Source: Alkanindiges illinoisensis DSM 15370
GTDB lineage: Bacteria; Pseudomonadota; Gammaproteobacteria; Pseudomonadales; Moraxellaceae
Assembly: GCF_000619845.1 (NCBI RefSeq)
Contig: NZ_JHUX01000003.1
Location: 340,064-372,063, forward strand
DNA: 32,000 bases
Direction: 5' to 3'
Position numbers and translations under genes: made by a program. This document shows, one piece after another, positions 8,773 to 18,309 of this stretch; position 1 is the first letter of the stretch; each line of letters begins with the position of its first letter. The notes below the pieces were generated by a model that had not been told where the DNA came from, did no database searches, and worked only from the letters and a program-made list of their open reading frames with translations.

Positions 8773-10368
8773 ATGAATCTGTTTGCGCAAGTAAGCCATC
8801 AGGCACTGGCGCTGGTTTGCCGCAAGGCTGACCAGCGCTTTAGCAGTCAGCGACAAAAACTGGAGCAGGTACAGCGCAAAAAGCTGGCTAAAATCCTCAA
8901 GCAGCTTCATCTGCCCAAAACACCACAGCGCATCAAAAACTATGAAAGCTTTGCTGCACAGTTACCATTAACCCGTTACAGTGACTGGAAACCCCAGATT
9001 GAACAGATGCGGCAGGGTAGTCAGGGCCTGAGCCGCAGTAAGCTGGTTCGTTATCAGCCGACCAGTGGCTCCAGTGAAAGTATCAAGTTTATTCCCTATT
9101 ATCAGGATTTTTTAGACGAGCTGGACGCTGCAATTGGTCCATGGTTAAGCAGCATGTATCGCCTGCATCCCAAGCTCAAGCAAGGTTCGCATTACTGGTC
9201 GATTTCATGGCTGCCGGAAAGCCAGCGCCATCTGCTCACTGATGCTAACCTTAATGATGATAGCGTCTTACTGGACTGGGGCAAACGCATTCTAAGCCAG
9301 TATACGCAAGCCGTGCCGTCAGACGTGGCCTTTGCAGGTAATGCTGATGATGCACTGTTTGCAACCTTATGTTATCTGGTGGCTGATGCCCACCTGAGTA
9401 TGCTGTCAGTCTGGAGCCCTACCTTTGCCCTGCAATTACTGGACAATATGCCGTTATGGGGTGCAGACATTGTACAGGTGTTAAGAACGGGTAGCTGGGG
9501 TCAGCGGCAGAACTCGCTGGCGCAGGTTAAAGTGCCTAAATCACGGCGCCGTGCCCAGATACTAGAACGTCTGTTAACCAAACCGCTTATGGACTGGCAG
9601 GCCTTATGGCCCAACCTGTGTCTGGTGTCCTGCTGGGATACTGCAGGCGCGAAGGCATGGGCACAGCAACTGCAAACACGCTTGCCATTTTCTGGCTTTG
9701 AGGGCAAGGGACTATGGGCCACCGAGGGCGTGGTGACCATTCCTTATGATGGCTATTATCCACTGGCGTATCAAAGCCATTTTTATGAATTTGAAAATCT
9801 GACCACCGGTAAAATTGTGCCAAGCTGGGCGCTAAAGCGTGGTGATGAAGTCAGCCCCATATTAACCACTGGCAGTGGCCTGATGCGTTATTGTATGGAT
9901 GATCATCTGGTAGTAAGCGACTTTTATGGCAGCTTGCCGTGCTTTACCTTCAAGGGCCGCCGTTTTGGAGTGGATCTGGTGGGAGAGAAGCTTGATCCCA
10001 GCGCTGCCATGCATACCTTACAAAGCGCTGCGCAAACCGTCCAGCATTGCAAGCCCGTTTCACTGCTGGCGATTGATACCGAAGGGCAGGCCAAGCCTTA
10101 CTACCTGGCAGTGTTTGAAGGTACTCAACAAAATCAGCCCTGTGCTGCCTTTGTGGACAATCACCTCAAGCAAAATTTCCATTATGAGCTGGCACGTAAT
10201 CTGGGCCAGCTCGCGCCAGCACAGGCAATTTGTGTGGATGACGGCTGGCATTACTATAAACAGCTAGCCATGCAGAGCGGCATGATTGAAGGCAATATCA
10301 AGCCTGAACCACTCAAGAAAATACATATCAGTGCACTAAAAAATACCAGCATACCGGCTGAACTATAA
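8773..10368 (+). CDS. GH3-family (ANL-superfamily) adenylate-forming acyl-acid amido synthetase homologue
   Basis: Three GH3/ANL-type motifs in the right order: YQPTSGSSESIKFIPY (residues ~94-109), GLWATEGVV, and GSGLMRYCMDDHLVV (YRxGD-like). Size is 531 aa. The ATG lies 3 nt after the upstream stop codon. Confidence 0.7.
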   Translation: MNLFAQVSHQALALVCRKADQRFSSQRQKLEQVQRKKLAKILKQLHLPKTPQRIKNYESFAAQLPLTRYSDWKPQIEQMRQGSQGLSRSKLVRYQPTSGSSESIKFIPYYQDFLDELDAAIGPWLSSMYRLHPKLKQGSHYWSISWLPESQRHLLTDANLNDDSVLLDWGKRILSQYTQAVPSDVAFAGNADDALFATLCYLVADAHLSMLSVWSPTFALQLLDNMPLWGADIVQVLRTGSWGQRQNSLAQVKVPKSRRRAQILERLLTKPLMDWQALWPNLCLVSCWDTAGAKAWAQQLQTRLPFSGFEGKGLWATEGVVTIPYDGYYPLAYQSHFYEFENLTTGKIVPSWALKRGDEVSPILTTGSGLMRYCMDDHLVVSDFYGSLPCFTFKGRRFGVDLVGEKLDPSAAMHTLQSAAQTVQHCKPVSLLAIDTEGQAKPYYLAVFEGTQQNQPCAAFVDNHLKQNFHYELARNLGQLAPAQAICVDDGWHYYKQLAMQSGMIEGNIKPEPLKKIHISALKNTSIPAEL

Positions 10369-10397
10369 ACCTGCTGAATGGTAAAAGGATATAAATC

Positions 10398-11576
10398 ATG
10401 ATTGATGCGACTGCTGAGACGCTGGCCGAATCCATAACCCAGCCCGAAATCGAAATCTACAGAACCAAAGCAGTTGAAGGCTTACATATTCGGCCTGCAC
10501 ATCCTGGGGATGACCATCAACTGGTCAGGCTAATTGCCGAATCCATGCCGTCCAACGGCGTGTTGCTGTCGTTTGAACGCTATCCCAGCTATTTTAAAGC
10601 CACGCAGACCCAATACGAGCAGCCGCGTGTTCTGGTGATGGTTGCTGATGAGCAGCCTGAAAAAATTCTGGCAATGTTTAACCTGGGAACCCGTAACTGC
10701 TTTATTAACGGCATTGTTAAACCATTGCGCTATGTGGGCGACTTGCGGATTGGCAAAACCACGCGGGGCAAGGGTCTGATTAACCTGTTGATGAGCTATG
10801 TTAAAAATTGCTTGCCACTGGATGAGGTGTATCAAACCGTCATTTTGAATGACAATGTGGTTGCCCGTAAGGTATTGCATGAAAACCGTCCAGGTGTTCC
10901 GGCACATTATGTGGCGGATCAGGTAGAAACCCATACCCTTACCGGATTCAAGGTTAAAAAGGAACTCAACCGTAATTTGTCTGTCGCCAATATGACGCGC
11001 GGTGACATCAGTGCGGTAAACCGCTTTATCCATCATATGGCTGATTACTATAACTTTTTACCAGCCTATGACTTTAAGGGACTGGTGGCACAAGACCCTT
11101 ACTGGACTGGCCTAAGCACTAATGATTTTTATATTGTAAAACGCGGTGGACAGATTGTCGGGCTGTTTGGCTTATGGAATCAAAAGCCGTTTAAGCAAAC
11201 CCGGATTGCCGATTATAGCAAACTCATTGCGTTTGTGCGTCCGGTTTACAATTACTGGGCAAAACTGAGCCATCAGTTACGTTTGCCTCAAAAGGGCGAT
11301 ACGCTAAATTACATGATGCTGCATTCTTTATTATGTAATCCTTATGATAATGATTTATTTGAAAATATTTTGAGAATAGCGCACCAGAAAACATGCGAGC
11401 GAAAATGCTATGCGCTGTGCTTTACACTGGCCGAGAATGATCCACGACGTGATTGCAGCAAAGCCATTATTAGCCAAAAAGTACAGGCAATACATGCGTT
11501 TCACTGTTTTAAGGATAATCCATTAAAGCAGTTTGATGCCAAGCGAATCAGTTATCTGGAGTGTGGTCGCATCTAA
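10398..11576 (+). CDS. Two-domain GNAT-like acyltransferase (tentative)
   Basis: AAGGA SD 9 nt upstream. The N-terminal half has a GNAT motif-A-like LRIGKTTRGKGLINLLMSYV. The second half (IVGLFGLWNQ...) suggests a tandem or pseudo-GNAT arrangement, as in MshD/Fem-type enzymes. Confidence 0.5.
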   Translation: MIDATAETLAESITQPEIEIYRTKAVEGLHIRPAHPGDDHQLVRLIAESMPSNGVLLSFERYPSYFKATQTQYEQPRVLVMVADEQPEKILAMFNLGTRNCFINGIVKPLRYVGDLRIGKTTRGKGLINLLMSYVKNCLPLDEVYQTVILNDNVVARKVLHENRPGVPAHYVADQVETHTLTGFKVKKELNRNLSVANMTRGDISAVNRFIHHMADYYNFLPAYDFKGLVAQDPYWTGLSTNDFYIVKRGGQIVGLFGLWNQKPFKQTRIADYSKLIAFVRPVYNYWAKLSHQLRLPQKGDTLNYMMLHSLLCNPYDNDLFENILRIAHQKTCERKCYALCFTLAENDPRRDCSKAIISQKVQAIHAFHCFKDNPLKQFDAKRISYLECGRI

Positions 11577-11673
11577 AGGTTAAGGCAGAATGACACTCAT
11601 CGTAATGTGATTGAAGTTTGTGCAACAAGTTGCTACAGTGAAATTAATTACAAAAAATGGGAAGTCAGACTAA

Positions 11674-12321
11674 ATGCTAAGGCTGCTTGTATCCCCTGTT
11701 TCTCAAGCTGATGATAGCAAGAAACTTTTCTTCAAAAATAGCACTTTTAACTTAAGTGTTACAGGCTTGGGTATTGCAGGTGCGGGCATTGCTTTGCTAA
11801 TCAGCACGGCTAGCTATGCTGCAACACCGCTGAACGATATAGAGCTGACCAATAACTTCCTGCAAAATAACATTCCTGTTTCACAGCTGGCGCTGGATCA
11901 ATTGCAGAGTGCTGGCCCTACGCCTGAGCAAACCGAGCAGCAGCTTCAGGCCATTGACCAGAATGATCGCATCAATAACGTATTTGCCGATCTGGTACGG
12001 GCTACGGGCATTTCAAATATTCAGGTTTCCCTGAACAAGAAAGACCGTGAAATCAACTATACAACCAATAATCCCTTGTTTGGGCTTGATATTTTAAATG
12101 AAATTGCCGTAAATGATTTTGGTTCAGAACCATTTAGCTGGCGCTGGACTGGAAATTTTAATCAGATATTTGATTTAAGCCAGATCAATAGCATTTATTT
12201 CGATCATTCAACTGGTAGTTATGAGTTGAATAATATTCAGGGCATTGTTGAGATTGAGGCTTCGACCTATCAAGGTAATGAAGAATCCAGAAAATTCCGC
12301 CGTGATTACCATGTTTTCTAG
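11674..12321 (+). CDS. Hypothetical exported protein
   Basis: Hydrophobic signal-like segment LSVTGLGIAGAGIALLISTASYA followed by a polar N/Q-rich domain. No terminator separates it from the upstream operon. The start codon is uncertain. Confidence 0.5.
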   Translation: MLRLLVSPVSQADDSKKLFFKNSTFNLSVTGLGIAGAGIALLISTASYAATPLNDIELTNNFLQNNIPVSQLALDQLQSAGPTPEQTEQQLQAIDQNDRINNVFADLVRATGISNIQVSLNKKDREINYTTNNPLFGLDILNEIAVNDFGSEPFSWRWTGNFNQIFDLSQINSIYFDHSTGSYELNNIQGIVEIEASTYQGNEESRKFRRDYHVF

Positions 12322-12352
12322 TTAATCAATGTCTTTATAAAAGCCTAAAAAT

Positions 12353-12390
12353 AAAAGCCCAGATCACAGAATACTGGGCTTTTGTTTTTT
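12353..12390. terminator. Bidirectional rho-independent terminator between convergent genes
   Basis: AAAAGCCCAG (12353-12362) pairs with CTGGGCTTTT (12374-12383) around an 11-nt loop, with an A-run before and a T-run after. Confidence 0.8.
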
Positions 12391-12442
12391 CAAGATTTTA
12401 AATATAAGTGGCTAAATAAAACTTTTAACCACAAATTCTTCA

Positions 12443-14650
12443 TTACAAATGACGAAGACGCCATGCACGATGGATTTTATGGTTCCGCTTGAAATCAAAG
12501 CCAATGGTTTTATCGGTAATTTCCTGCACCTCAAAACGGGCAGTTAACTCTTCATCCAACTCAAACTTTTGGAAGTTGTTGGAAAAATATAACGTTCCAC
12601 CATTACTCAGACGATTCATGGCACGCTTGATGAGTGAGGCATGGTCGCGCTGCACATCAAAAGTGCCGTGAAACTTCTTGGAATTGGAAAACGTTGGCGG
12701 ATCAATAAAAATCAGGTCATAAGTTTCATGGCCTTCCTTAAGCCACTCAAACACATCGGCTTCAAAAAACTGGTGCTGCTGGTCGGCATGGTCAACCGTT
12801 AAACCATTTAAAGCAAAGTTCTGCTTTGACCAGTTCAGGTAGGTATTGGACAAATCCACGCTGGTGGTACTGGCCGCGCCACCAACTGCCGCATGCACGC
12901 TGGCTGTTGAGGTGTAGCTATACAGGTTTAAAAAATGCTTGCCTTTGGCCTCGGCTGCAATACGCAAGCGCATGGGACGATGATCCAGAAACAAGCCTGT
13001 ATCCAGATAATCGGTGAGATTCACATAAACCCGGATGTTGCCTTCCTGCACGATAAAGCGCTTGCTAACTTCACTTTGCTTTTCGTACTGGGTAATACCT
13101 TTTTGTCTGGCGCGGGTTTTAATAAAGACTTTTTCACGCGGTAAGCCAAGTACCTGGCGAATAGCTGCTAATGCCAAGTTAAAACGCTTTTTGGCTTTTT
13201 CCGGGTCGATGCTTTTGGGTGGCGCGTATTCCTGAACGTGCAAATTGTCATCGTATAAATCCACCACCAGATTAAAGTCGGGCAGGTCTGCATCATACAG
13301 ACGCAGACAGCTGACATTGTCGCGTAAGGCCTGTTTTTTCAGGTTGCTGATATTTTTTTGCAAGCGATTGGCAAAATCCTGTGCCCCTTCAATTTCGACG
13401 GGTGTGGCTTGCCAATTGGCTAAAAAGGGTGGTTTGTCCAGCTTGTTAATGACAACACCTGTGCGTACATAAATCGGCAAATTACCATTCATCAGGCGCA
13501 AGGTTTGGGTATTTTCAAATGGCAATACGTCAGCCTGTTCGACATGCGACGCTAAAATAGCAGCCTGCTGGTGCGGCAAAAACTTTTGCAGTTGAAAGCT
13601 TAAGCCCTGATATAACGCACGGTTGCTGGCTTTATCGCCCAGACGTTCGCCATAGGGTGGATTAGTAACAATAAAGGATTTTCTATTTTCCAGCTGAAAG
13701 TCAGGCCAGTCAGCCAGTACCCGTTCTTCAATCTTGATATGGGGCAGCAAGTTTTCAAAGCCTGCTGCAATAATGTTTTGCCGGGTGGCTTTTACTGCAT
13801 CCCAGTCGGCATCATAAGCATAAAATTGGGGTAGTGGTTGTTGCAAAGCAGTTTCATGGCGCTGCTCGGCTTCAGCTTTAAGCTGCTGCCATAGGGTATT
13901 GTCATGGCCATGCCAGCCCATAAAACCAAAGTGCCGCTGGATACCGGCCGCACGAGCTGTTTTTATCATCAGGGCTTCAATGATAAAGGTTCCAGAACCG
14001 CACATCGGATCAATAAACACATCAAAAGAATTTTTGTTCCAGCCAGCCAGTCGTAAAATGGCAGCGGCCAGATTTTCCTTGATAGGGGCGTCGGTCATGT
14101 AGCGGCGATAACCGCGACGGTGCAGGCTGTCCCCTGATAAGTCCAGACAGAATGTGTGGGCAAACTTGCCAGCCAGCACAAACAGGGTAATTTCAGGTTG
14201 TTTGGTATCAATGCTAGGGCGGCGGCCCTGCGCTTCCATAAAGCTGTCCACCACGCCATCTTTGGCGCGTAAGGTAGCAAATTGTGGATTGACCTTGATT
14301 TCACGCTCGGTTTGCAAGCGAATGGCAAAAGTACTGCTGGGCGAGAAGATCAGTGACCAGTCAAAGCTTGACGCACCTTCATAAATTTCTTCGGCAACAT
14401 CCCGCGCATCATGGGTTTTTTCAAGTTCATAGTGATGGATGGGCAACAACACACGTGAGGCCAGCCGTGACCACAGGCAAATACGATAGGCTGTTTCCAG
14501 CGTACCCTGAATAATAATCCGGCCTGCTTTTTTTTCTGTAATACTGGCACCCTGGTTTTGAATAAGCTCCTGTAACTCCTCAACCAGCAGGTTTTCCAGA
14601 CCATCGGCACAGGTTACCCAGTAAGTATTAAGGCGGGAAGATTGAGTCAT
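12443..14650 (-). CDS. rlmL: Bifunctional 23S rRNA methyltransferase RlmL/RlmK (m2G2445/m7G2069)
   Basis: THUMP-type N-terminus, VTNPPYGERLG methylase motif and a second C-terminal SAM-MTase domain. Start chosen at the internal ATG (MTQSSRLNTYWVTCADGLENLL), not the upstream ATG at 14674. Confidence 0.9.
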   Translation of the reverse strand: MTQSSRLNTYWVTCADGLENLLVEELQELIQNQGASITEKKAGRIIIQGTLETAYRICLWSRLASRVLLPIHHYELEKTHDARDVAEEIYEGASSFDWSLIFSPSSTFAIRLQTEREIKVNPQFATLRAKDGVVDSFMEAQGRRPSIDTKQPEITLFVLAGKFAHTFCLDLSGDSLHRRGYRRYMTDAPIKENLAAAILRLAGWNKNSFDVFIDPMCGSGTFIIEALMIKTARAAGIQRHFGFMGWHGHDNTLWQQLKAEAEQRHETALQQPLPQFYAYDADWDAVKATRQNIIAAGFENLLPHIKIEERVLADWPDFQLENRKSFIVTNPPYGERLGDKASNRALYQGLSFQLQKFLPHQQAAILASHVEQADVLPFENTQTLRLMNGNLPIYVRTGVVINKLDKPPFLANWQATPVEIEGAQDFANRLQKNISNLKKQALRDNVSCLRLYDADLPDFNLVVDLYDDNLHVQEYAPPKSIDPEKAKKRFNLALAAIRQVLGLPREKVFIKTRARQKGITQYEKQSEVSKRFIVQEGNIRVYVNLTDYLDTGLFLDHRPMRLRIAAEAKGKHFLNLYSYTSTASVHAAVGGAASTTSVDLSNTYLNWSKQNFALNGLTVDHADQQHQFFEADVFEWLKEGHETYDLIFIDPPTFSNSKKFHGTFDVQRDHASLIKRAMNRLSNGGTLYFSNNFQKFELDEELTARFEVQEITDKTIGFDFKRNHKIHRAWRLRHL

Positions 14651-14798
14651 GAAATTATCCGAAAAACAGCACAAGCATTAATTGGGCAATAGTTTACCTG
14701 ATTAACCAGCGAAGTGAGTGTTTTTTAAATAAGACAGCTAGGGAGGCGAGAGTGTTTTTTGCTAGGATAGTGGTTCTATAAAAATGATGGTCAAATGA

Positions 14799-15809
14799 AT
14801 GAATGTTTTTAAAAAATTAGTGCAATTATCTTTAATAAATACGTTAGCTTTATTGTCTGCTTGTGGTGGCGGATCAGATGGTTCAGATCAATATTTGCCT
14901 GCTGGCAAAAAGTTAACAACAGTCCAGCAATTTAATACGAGTGATGGCAATCGCTTGGAGCAAACTGCCGAGTATCAATTGAGTTATACTAATGGCAGGC
15001 TAAACCGGATTAATGTATTTGATTCCAGTGGGACTGATAATACATGGGGCACTAGTGACGATAATCTATATAGTTATATTACTTGTGAGTTTTCTGGTCA
15101 CCTGAATCAGCCTTTGCGCGATCCGGCTTTGGAGTTTTATATGCCTAATCCTATGCAAAGCAGTGTTACTGGAAGTATTTTAATAACTAGCTTGGGAATT
15201 AAACCTTATGGACGAAGCTTATGTTCATTAGGTTATAACGCGGATATTAGTTTTAAGGAGCAGGAATTTATTCCCAAATTGGATAATGCAGATAAACCAT
15301 TTTTTATTCGTGAATGGCAAGCTGATCAGATTCAAGGACAGATTGTTAAAACTCAGAATATTACCTATGGCCCAGTATCAAAGCAAAATATAATTGATAA
15401 TGAAGATTGCTCAAGTAGTGTATGTGATCAAGCATTCCTGGGTTTTCAAAATGGTAGAAATCAATACCAGTATTTAGATGAAAATTATCTTGCCGATATA
15501 AAAGATAAAAAACTTTATGAATATACTCAGCAGGATGGCCAACTAAAGACGGTTAATATTTATCAGTATGGCGCGACTCCGGAGAAAGCTATGGAAAATG
15601 TTGGGGCGCTGGAAAAGCTGGGTAGCCTTACCTATGAATATGAAAAAAATCAGGTCAATATCTGTACGAAAAATAGTGAGGGTTTGGTAGAGAGCTTCTC
15701 AATTAATATTTATGAGGATAAAAAAATCAAGCAAATTGATGAGTATGCATCAGTAAGTTGTGCTGCTGAAGACGTAGTGCAAAAGCGTTTAATTTATAAT
15801 TATCAATAA
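14799..15809 (+). CDS. Hypothetical lipoprotein (AT-rich gene)
   Basis: Signal peptide with lipobox LLSAC followed by GGGSDGSD. No recognisable domain. GC is ~33-37% on the lines I counted, against the low-to-mid 40s for neighbours. Confidence 0.65.
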   Translation: MNVFKKLVQLSLINTLALLSACGGGSDGSDQYLPAGKKLTTVQQFNTSDGNRLEQTAEYQLSYTNGRLNRINVFDSSGTDNTWGTSDDNLYSYITCEFSGHLNQPLRDPALEFYMPNPMQSSVTGSILITSLGIKPYGRSLCSLGYNADISFKEQEFIPKLDNADKPFFIREWQADQIQGQIVKTQNITYGPVSKQNIIDNEDCSSSVCDQAFLGFQNGRNQYQYLDENYLADIKDKKLYEYTQQDGQLKTVNIYQYGATPEKAMENVGALEKLGSLTYEYEKNQVNICTKNSEGLVESFSINIYEDKKIKQIDEYASVSCAAEDVVQKRLIYNYQ

Positions 15810-15838
15810 TAGTGTTGATCTTGATGTAATAATTTTGA

Positions 15839-15881
15839 GTTGCCAGTGTCATACGCTATGTAATAGCACTGGCAGCTTTTT
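15839..15881 (+). terminator. Rho-independent terminator
   Basis: GTTGCCAGTG / CACTGGCAGC stem (one G-U pair), 18-nt loop, then T5. Confidence 0.6.
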
Positions 15882-15964
15882 ATAAAACAATTCGCCAAAA
15901 ATTAATTATTTTTAGAGTAAACTAGCGCCGTGTTTGCACCCACCGTTTATACAGGCCTTGTTTT

Positions 15965-17017
15965 ATGCATCTTGCTGCCTTGCACACCTTGAGCCAGATC
16001 CAGTTAAACCAGTATGGCAACCTGCGCCATTTCCTGAGTATTGAAGGCTTATCACAACAACATCTCATCAATATTCTGGAAACCGCTGAAACCTTTCTGG
16101 GTGAAAATGGCCAGATTATCAACCGTCCATTGCTGGAAGGCCGAACGGTGATGAACCTGTTTTTTGAGCCATCTACCCGCACGCGCACGACGTTTGAAGT
16201 GGCCGCTAAACGATTGTCTGCCAATGTGTTAAACATTGACATGCAGCAATCCAGTACCAAAAAGGGCGAAACCCTGCGTGATACGCTGTGGAATCTGGAA
16301 GCCATGGCCGCCGACATGTTCGTGATCCGGCACTGGGCTTCAGGTGCAGCGCATTTTATGGCGCAAAGTGTGTGCCCGGATGTGGCGATCATTAATGGGG
16401 GCGATGGCCGTCACTCGCATCCGACCCAAGGCATGCTGGATATGCTGACCATTCGCCGTCATGCCGGCAAGCCATTTTCTGAACTGACAGTTGCCATTAT
16501 TGGTGATATCAAGCATTCACGGGTGGCCCGTTCTGATATTGAAGCCTTGCAGACGCTAGGTGCCAGGGAAATACGTGTGATTGCACCCAAAACCTTGCTG
16601 CCGACAGGCATTGAAGAGTTTGGCGTGACTGTATTTGAGGATATGGACAAGGGTGTAGAAGGCTGTGATGTGCTGATTGCCCTGCGTATTCAAAATGAAC
16701 GGATTGGCTCGCCGTTGCTGGCGTCCAGCGAAGAGTTTTATAAGTTATACGGATTGTCAGAAGCAAGGGTGCAACGTGCTGCGCCCAATGCTTTGGTTAT
16801 GCATCCGGGTCCCATGAACCGTGGCGTGGAAATTGCCTCCAACGTGGCGGATGGCCCGCAGTCCCTGATTTTAAAACAGGTCAACTATGGTATTGCCGTA
16901 CGTATGGCAGTGCTGGCGTTAAGCATGCAGGGACAGCTTGAGGCCAAAGGTCTGCTGGCCAATGATCTATTGGCGAATGATTTAATCAATAGTAACCTGT
17001 TTAATGGTTTGGTTTAG
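15965..17017 (+). CDS. pyrB: Aspartate carbamoyltransferase catalytic chain
   Basis: Contains [23 protein letters not shown] and [10 protein letters not shown] motifs. Collinear with Pseudomonas-type PyrB. Confidence 0.95.
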   Translation: MHLAALHTLSQIQLNQYGNLRHFLSIEGLSQQHLINILETAETFLGENGQIINRPLLEGRTVMNLFFEPSTRTRTTFEVAAKRLSANVLNIDMQQSSTKKGETLRDTLWNLEAMAADMFVIRHWASGAAHFMAQSVCPDVAIINGGDGRHSHPTQGMLDMLTIRRHAGKPFSELTVAIIGDIKHSRVARSDIEALQTLGAREIRVIAPKTLLPTGIEEFGVTVFEDMDKGVEGCDVLIALRIQNERIGSPLLASSEEFYKLYGLSEARVQRAAPNALVMHPGPMNRGVEIASNVADGPQSLILKQVNYGIAVRMAVLALSMQGQLEAKGLLANDLLANDLINSNLFNGLV

Positions 17018-17029
17018 GAGTCTGGTACA

Positions 17030-18259
17030 GTGATCGAAATCAGCAATGTGCGCGTACTGGATGTGATGAACCAGACTGACAGCGTTAAAACGGTTTATGT
17101 GCAAAATGGTAAGCTGCTGGCAGATGCTGCTGGTCAGGAAATTGGCCAGCGTATTGATGGGCAAGGTAAGTGGCTCATGCCTGCCCTGGTGGACTTATGC
17201 GCGCGTCTGCGTGAACCGGGTCAGCAGCAGCATGGCACTTTAAAAACGGAAGGACAAGCGGCACGTGCTGCCGGTTTTTTGCATGTGATATTGCCACCAG
17301 ATACCAAGCCTGTGCAGGATAGCGGTGCGCTGCTTCGAGGCTTGCGTGAAAAAGCCTTTAATGATGGTGGAATTTATCTGCATATTATTGGGGCACAAAC
17401 CAAGGGTCTGGAAGGCAATCAACCGGCCAATATGGCCAGTCTCAAGCAGGGTGGCTGTATTGCGGTGAGTAATGTGCGTGCGGCCTTTGCCGATGATGAT
17501 GTGCTGTTGCGCACGCTGGAATATGCAGCCAGTCTGGGTTTAAAGGTATTTTTCTATCCCGAAGAACATTCACTGGCCAAAGATGGTTATGTGCATGATG
17601 GCTTTACCGCATCACGTCAGGGCTTAACCGGTATTCCCGCCATTGCGGAAACCGTGGCACTGGCCAAGCAATTGCTGATGGTTGAGGCCACAGGCGTACA
17701 AGCGCATTTTAGTCTGCTGTCCTGTGGTGCTTCGGTTGAGTTGATCAAGGCTGCCAAAGCCAAAGGTTTGCCAGTGACAGCTGATGTGGCCATGCACCAG
17801 CTACATTTAACCGATGAAACCATTGATGGCTTTAATTCACTGGCGCATGTGCGTCCGCCGCTACGCAGTGAAGCAGACTGTCAATTATTACGTCAGGGTG
17901 TTGCCAATGGTGTGATTGATGCGATTTGTTCGCACCATGAGCCTTTATCGGCATCGGCCAAGCTGGCCCCATTTGCAGAGACCGAAGCCGGTATTTCCAG
18001 TGTAGATACGTTTATGGCACTGGCTGCAGCGCTGGTTCATCAAGACTTACTCACGCCATTGCAACTCGCCACCCGTATTAGTCAGAATCCGGCGCAAATT
18101 GCTGGAATTGAACGCCAGTGGCAGGATATTGGCGGCTGGGTGCTGGTTGATCCAGAACTAGAGTGGACTGTTAGTAATGACCAGTTCCAGTCACAGGGTA
18201 AAAATACCCCATTTCTGGGTGCTAAAGTGAAAGGGAAAACCCAGCAACTATTTGTTTAA
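17030..18259 (+). CDS. pyrX: Dihydroorotase-like, probably non-catalytic PyrC' (structural partner of PyrB)
   Basis: GTG start with GGAG SD 9 nt upstream, 12 nt after pyrB. The metal-binding DxHxH context (PGxxDxHVHLREPG in active enzymes) reads PALVDLCARLREPG here. Confidence 0.8.
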   Translation: MIEISNVRVLDVMNQTDSVKTVYVQNGKLLADAAGQEIGQRIDGQGKWLMPALVDLCARLREPGQQQHGTLKTEGQAARAAGFLHVILPPDTKPVQDSGALLRGLREKAFNDGGIYLHIIGAQTKGLEGNQPANMASLKQGGCIAVSNVRAAFADDDVLLRTLEYAASLGLKVFFYPEEHSLAKDGYVHDGFTASRQGLTGIPAIAETVALAKQLLMVEATGVQAHFSLLSCGASVELIKAAKAKGLPVTADVAMHQLHLTDETIDGFNSLAHVRPPLRSEADCQLLRQGVANGVIDAICSHHEPLSASAKLAPFAETEAGISSVDTFMALAAALVHQDLLTPLQLATRISQNPAQIAGIERQWQDIGGWVLVDPELEWTVSNDQFQSQGKNTPFLGAKVKGKTQQLFV

Positions 18260-18309
18260 AGCTGTCATCAAAAAATACGAGAGGCATGGCAGATACTTTA
18301 TAAAATAAA

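Noticed and set aside
10530-11036. 168-aa minus-strand ORF within the third gene of the GH3 operon
   Set aside because: It has no SD or motif support. The plus-strand ORF is much longer, has an SD and fits the operon organisation.
15922-16392. 156-aa minus-strand ORF overlapping the pyrB 5' end
   Set aside because: It is antisense to pyrB, which carries all ATCase signature motifs in this interval.
16948-16992. Tandem in-frame repeat at the pyrB 3' end ([14 protein letters not shown])
   Set aside because: It is a small duplication in a non-conserved C-terminal tail, with no evidence of functional significance.
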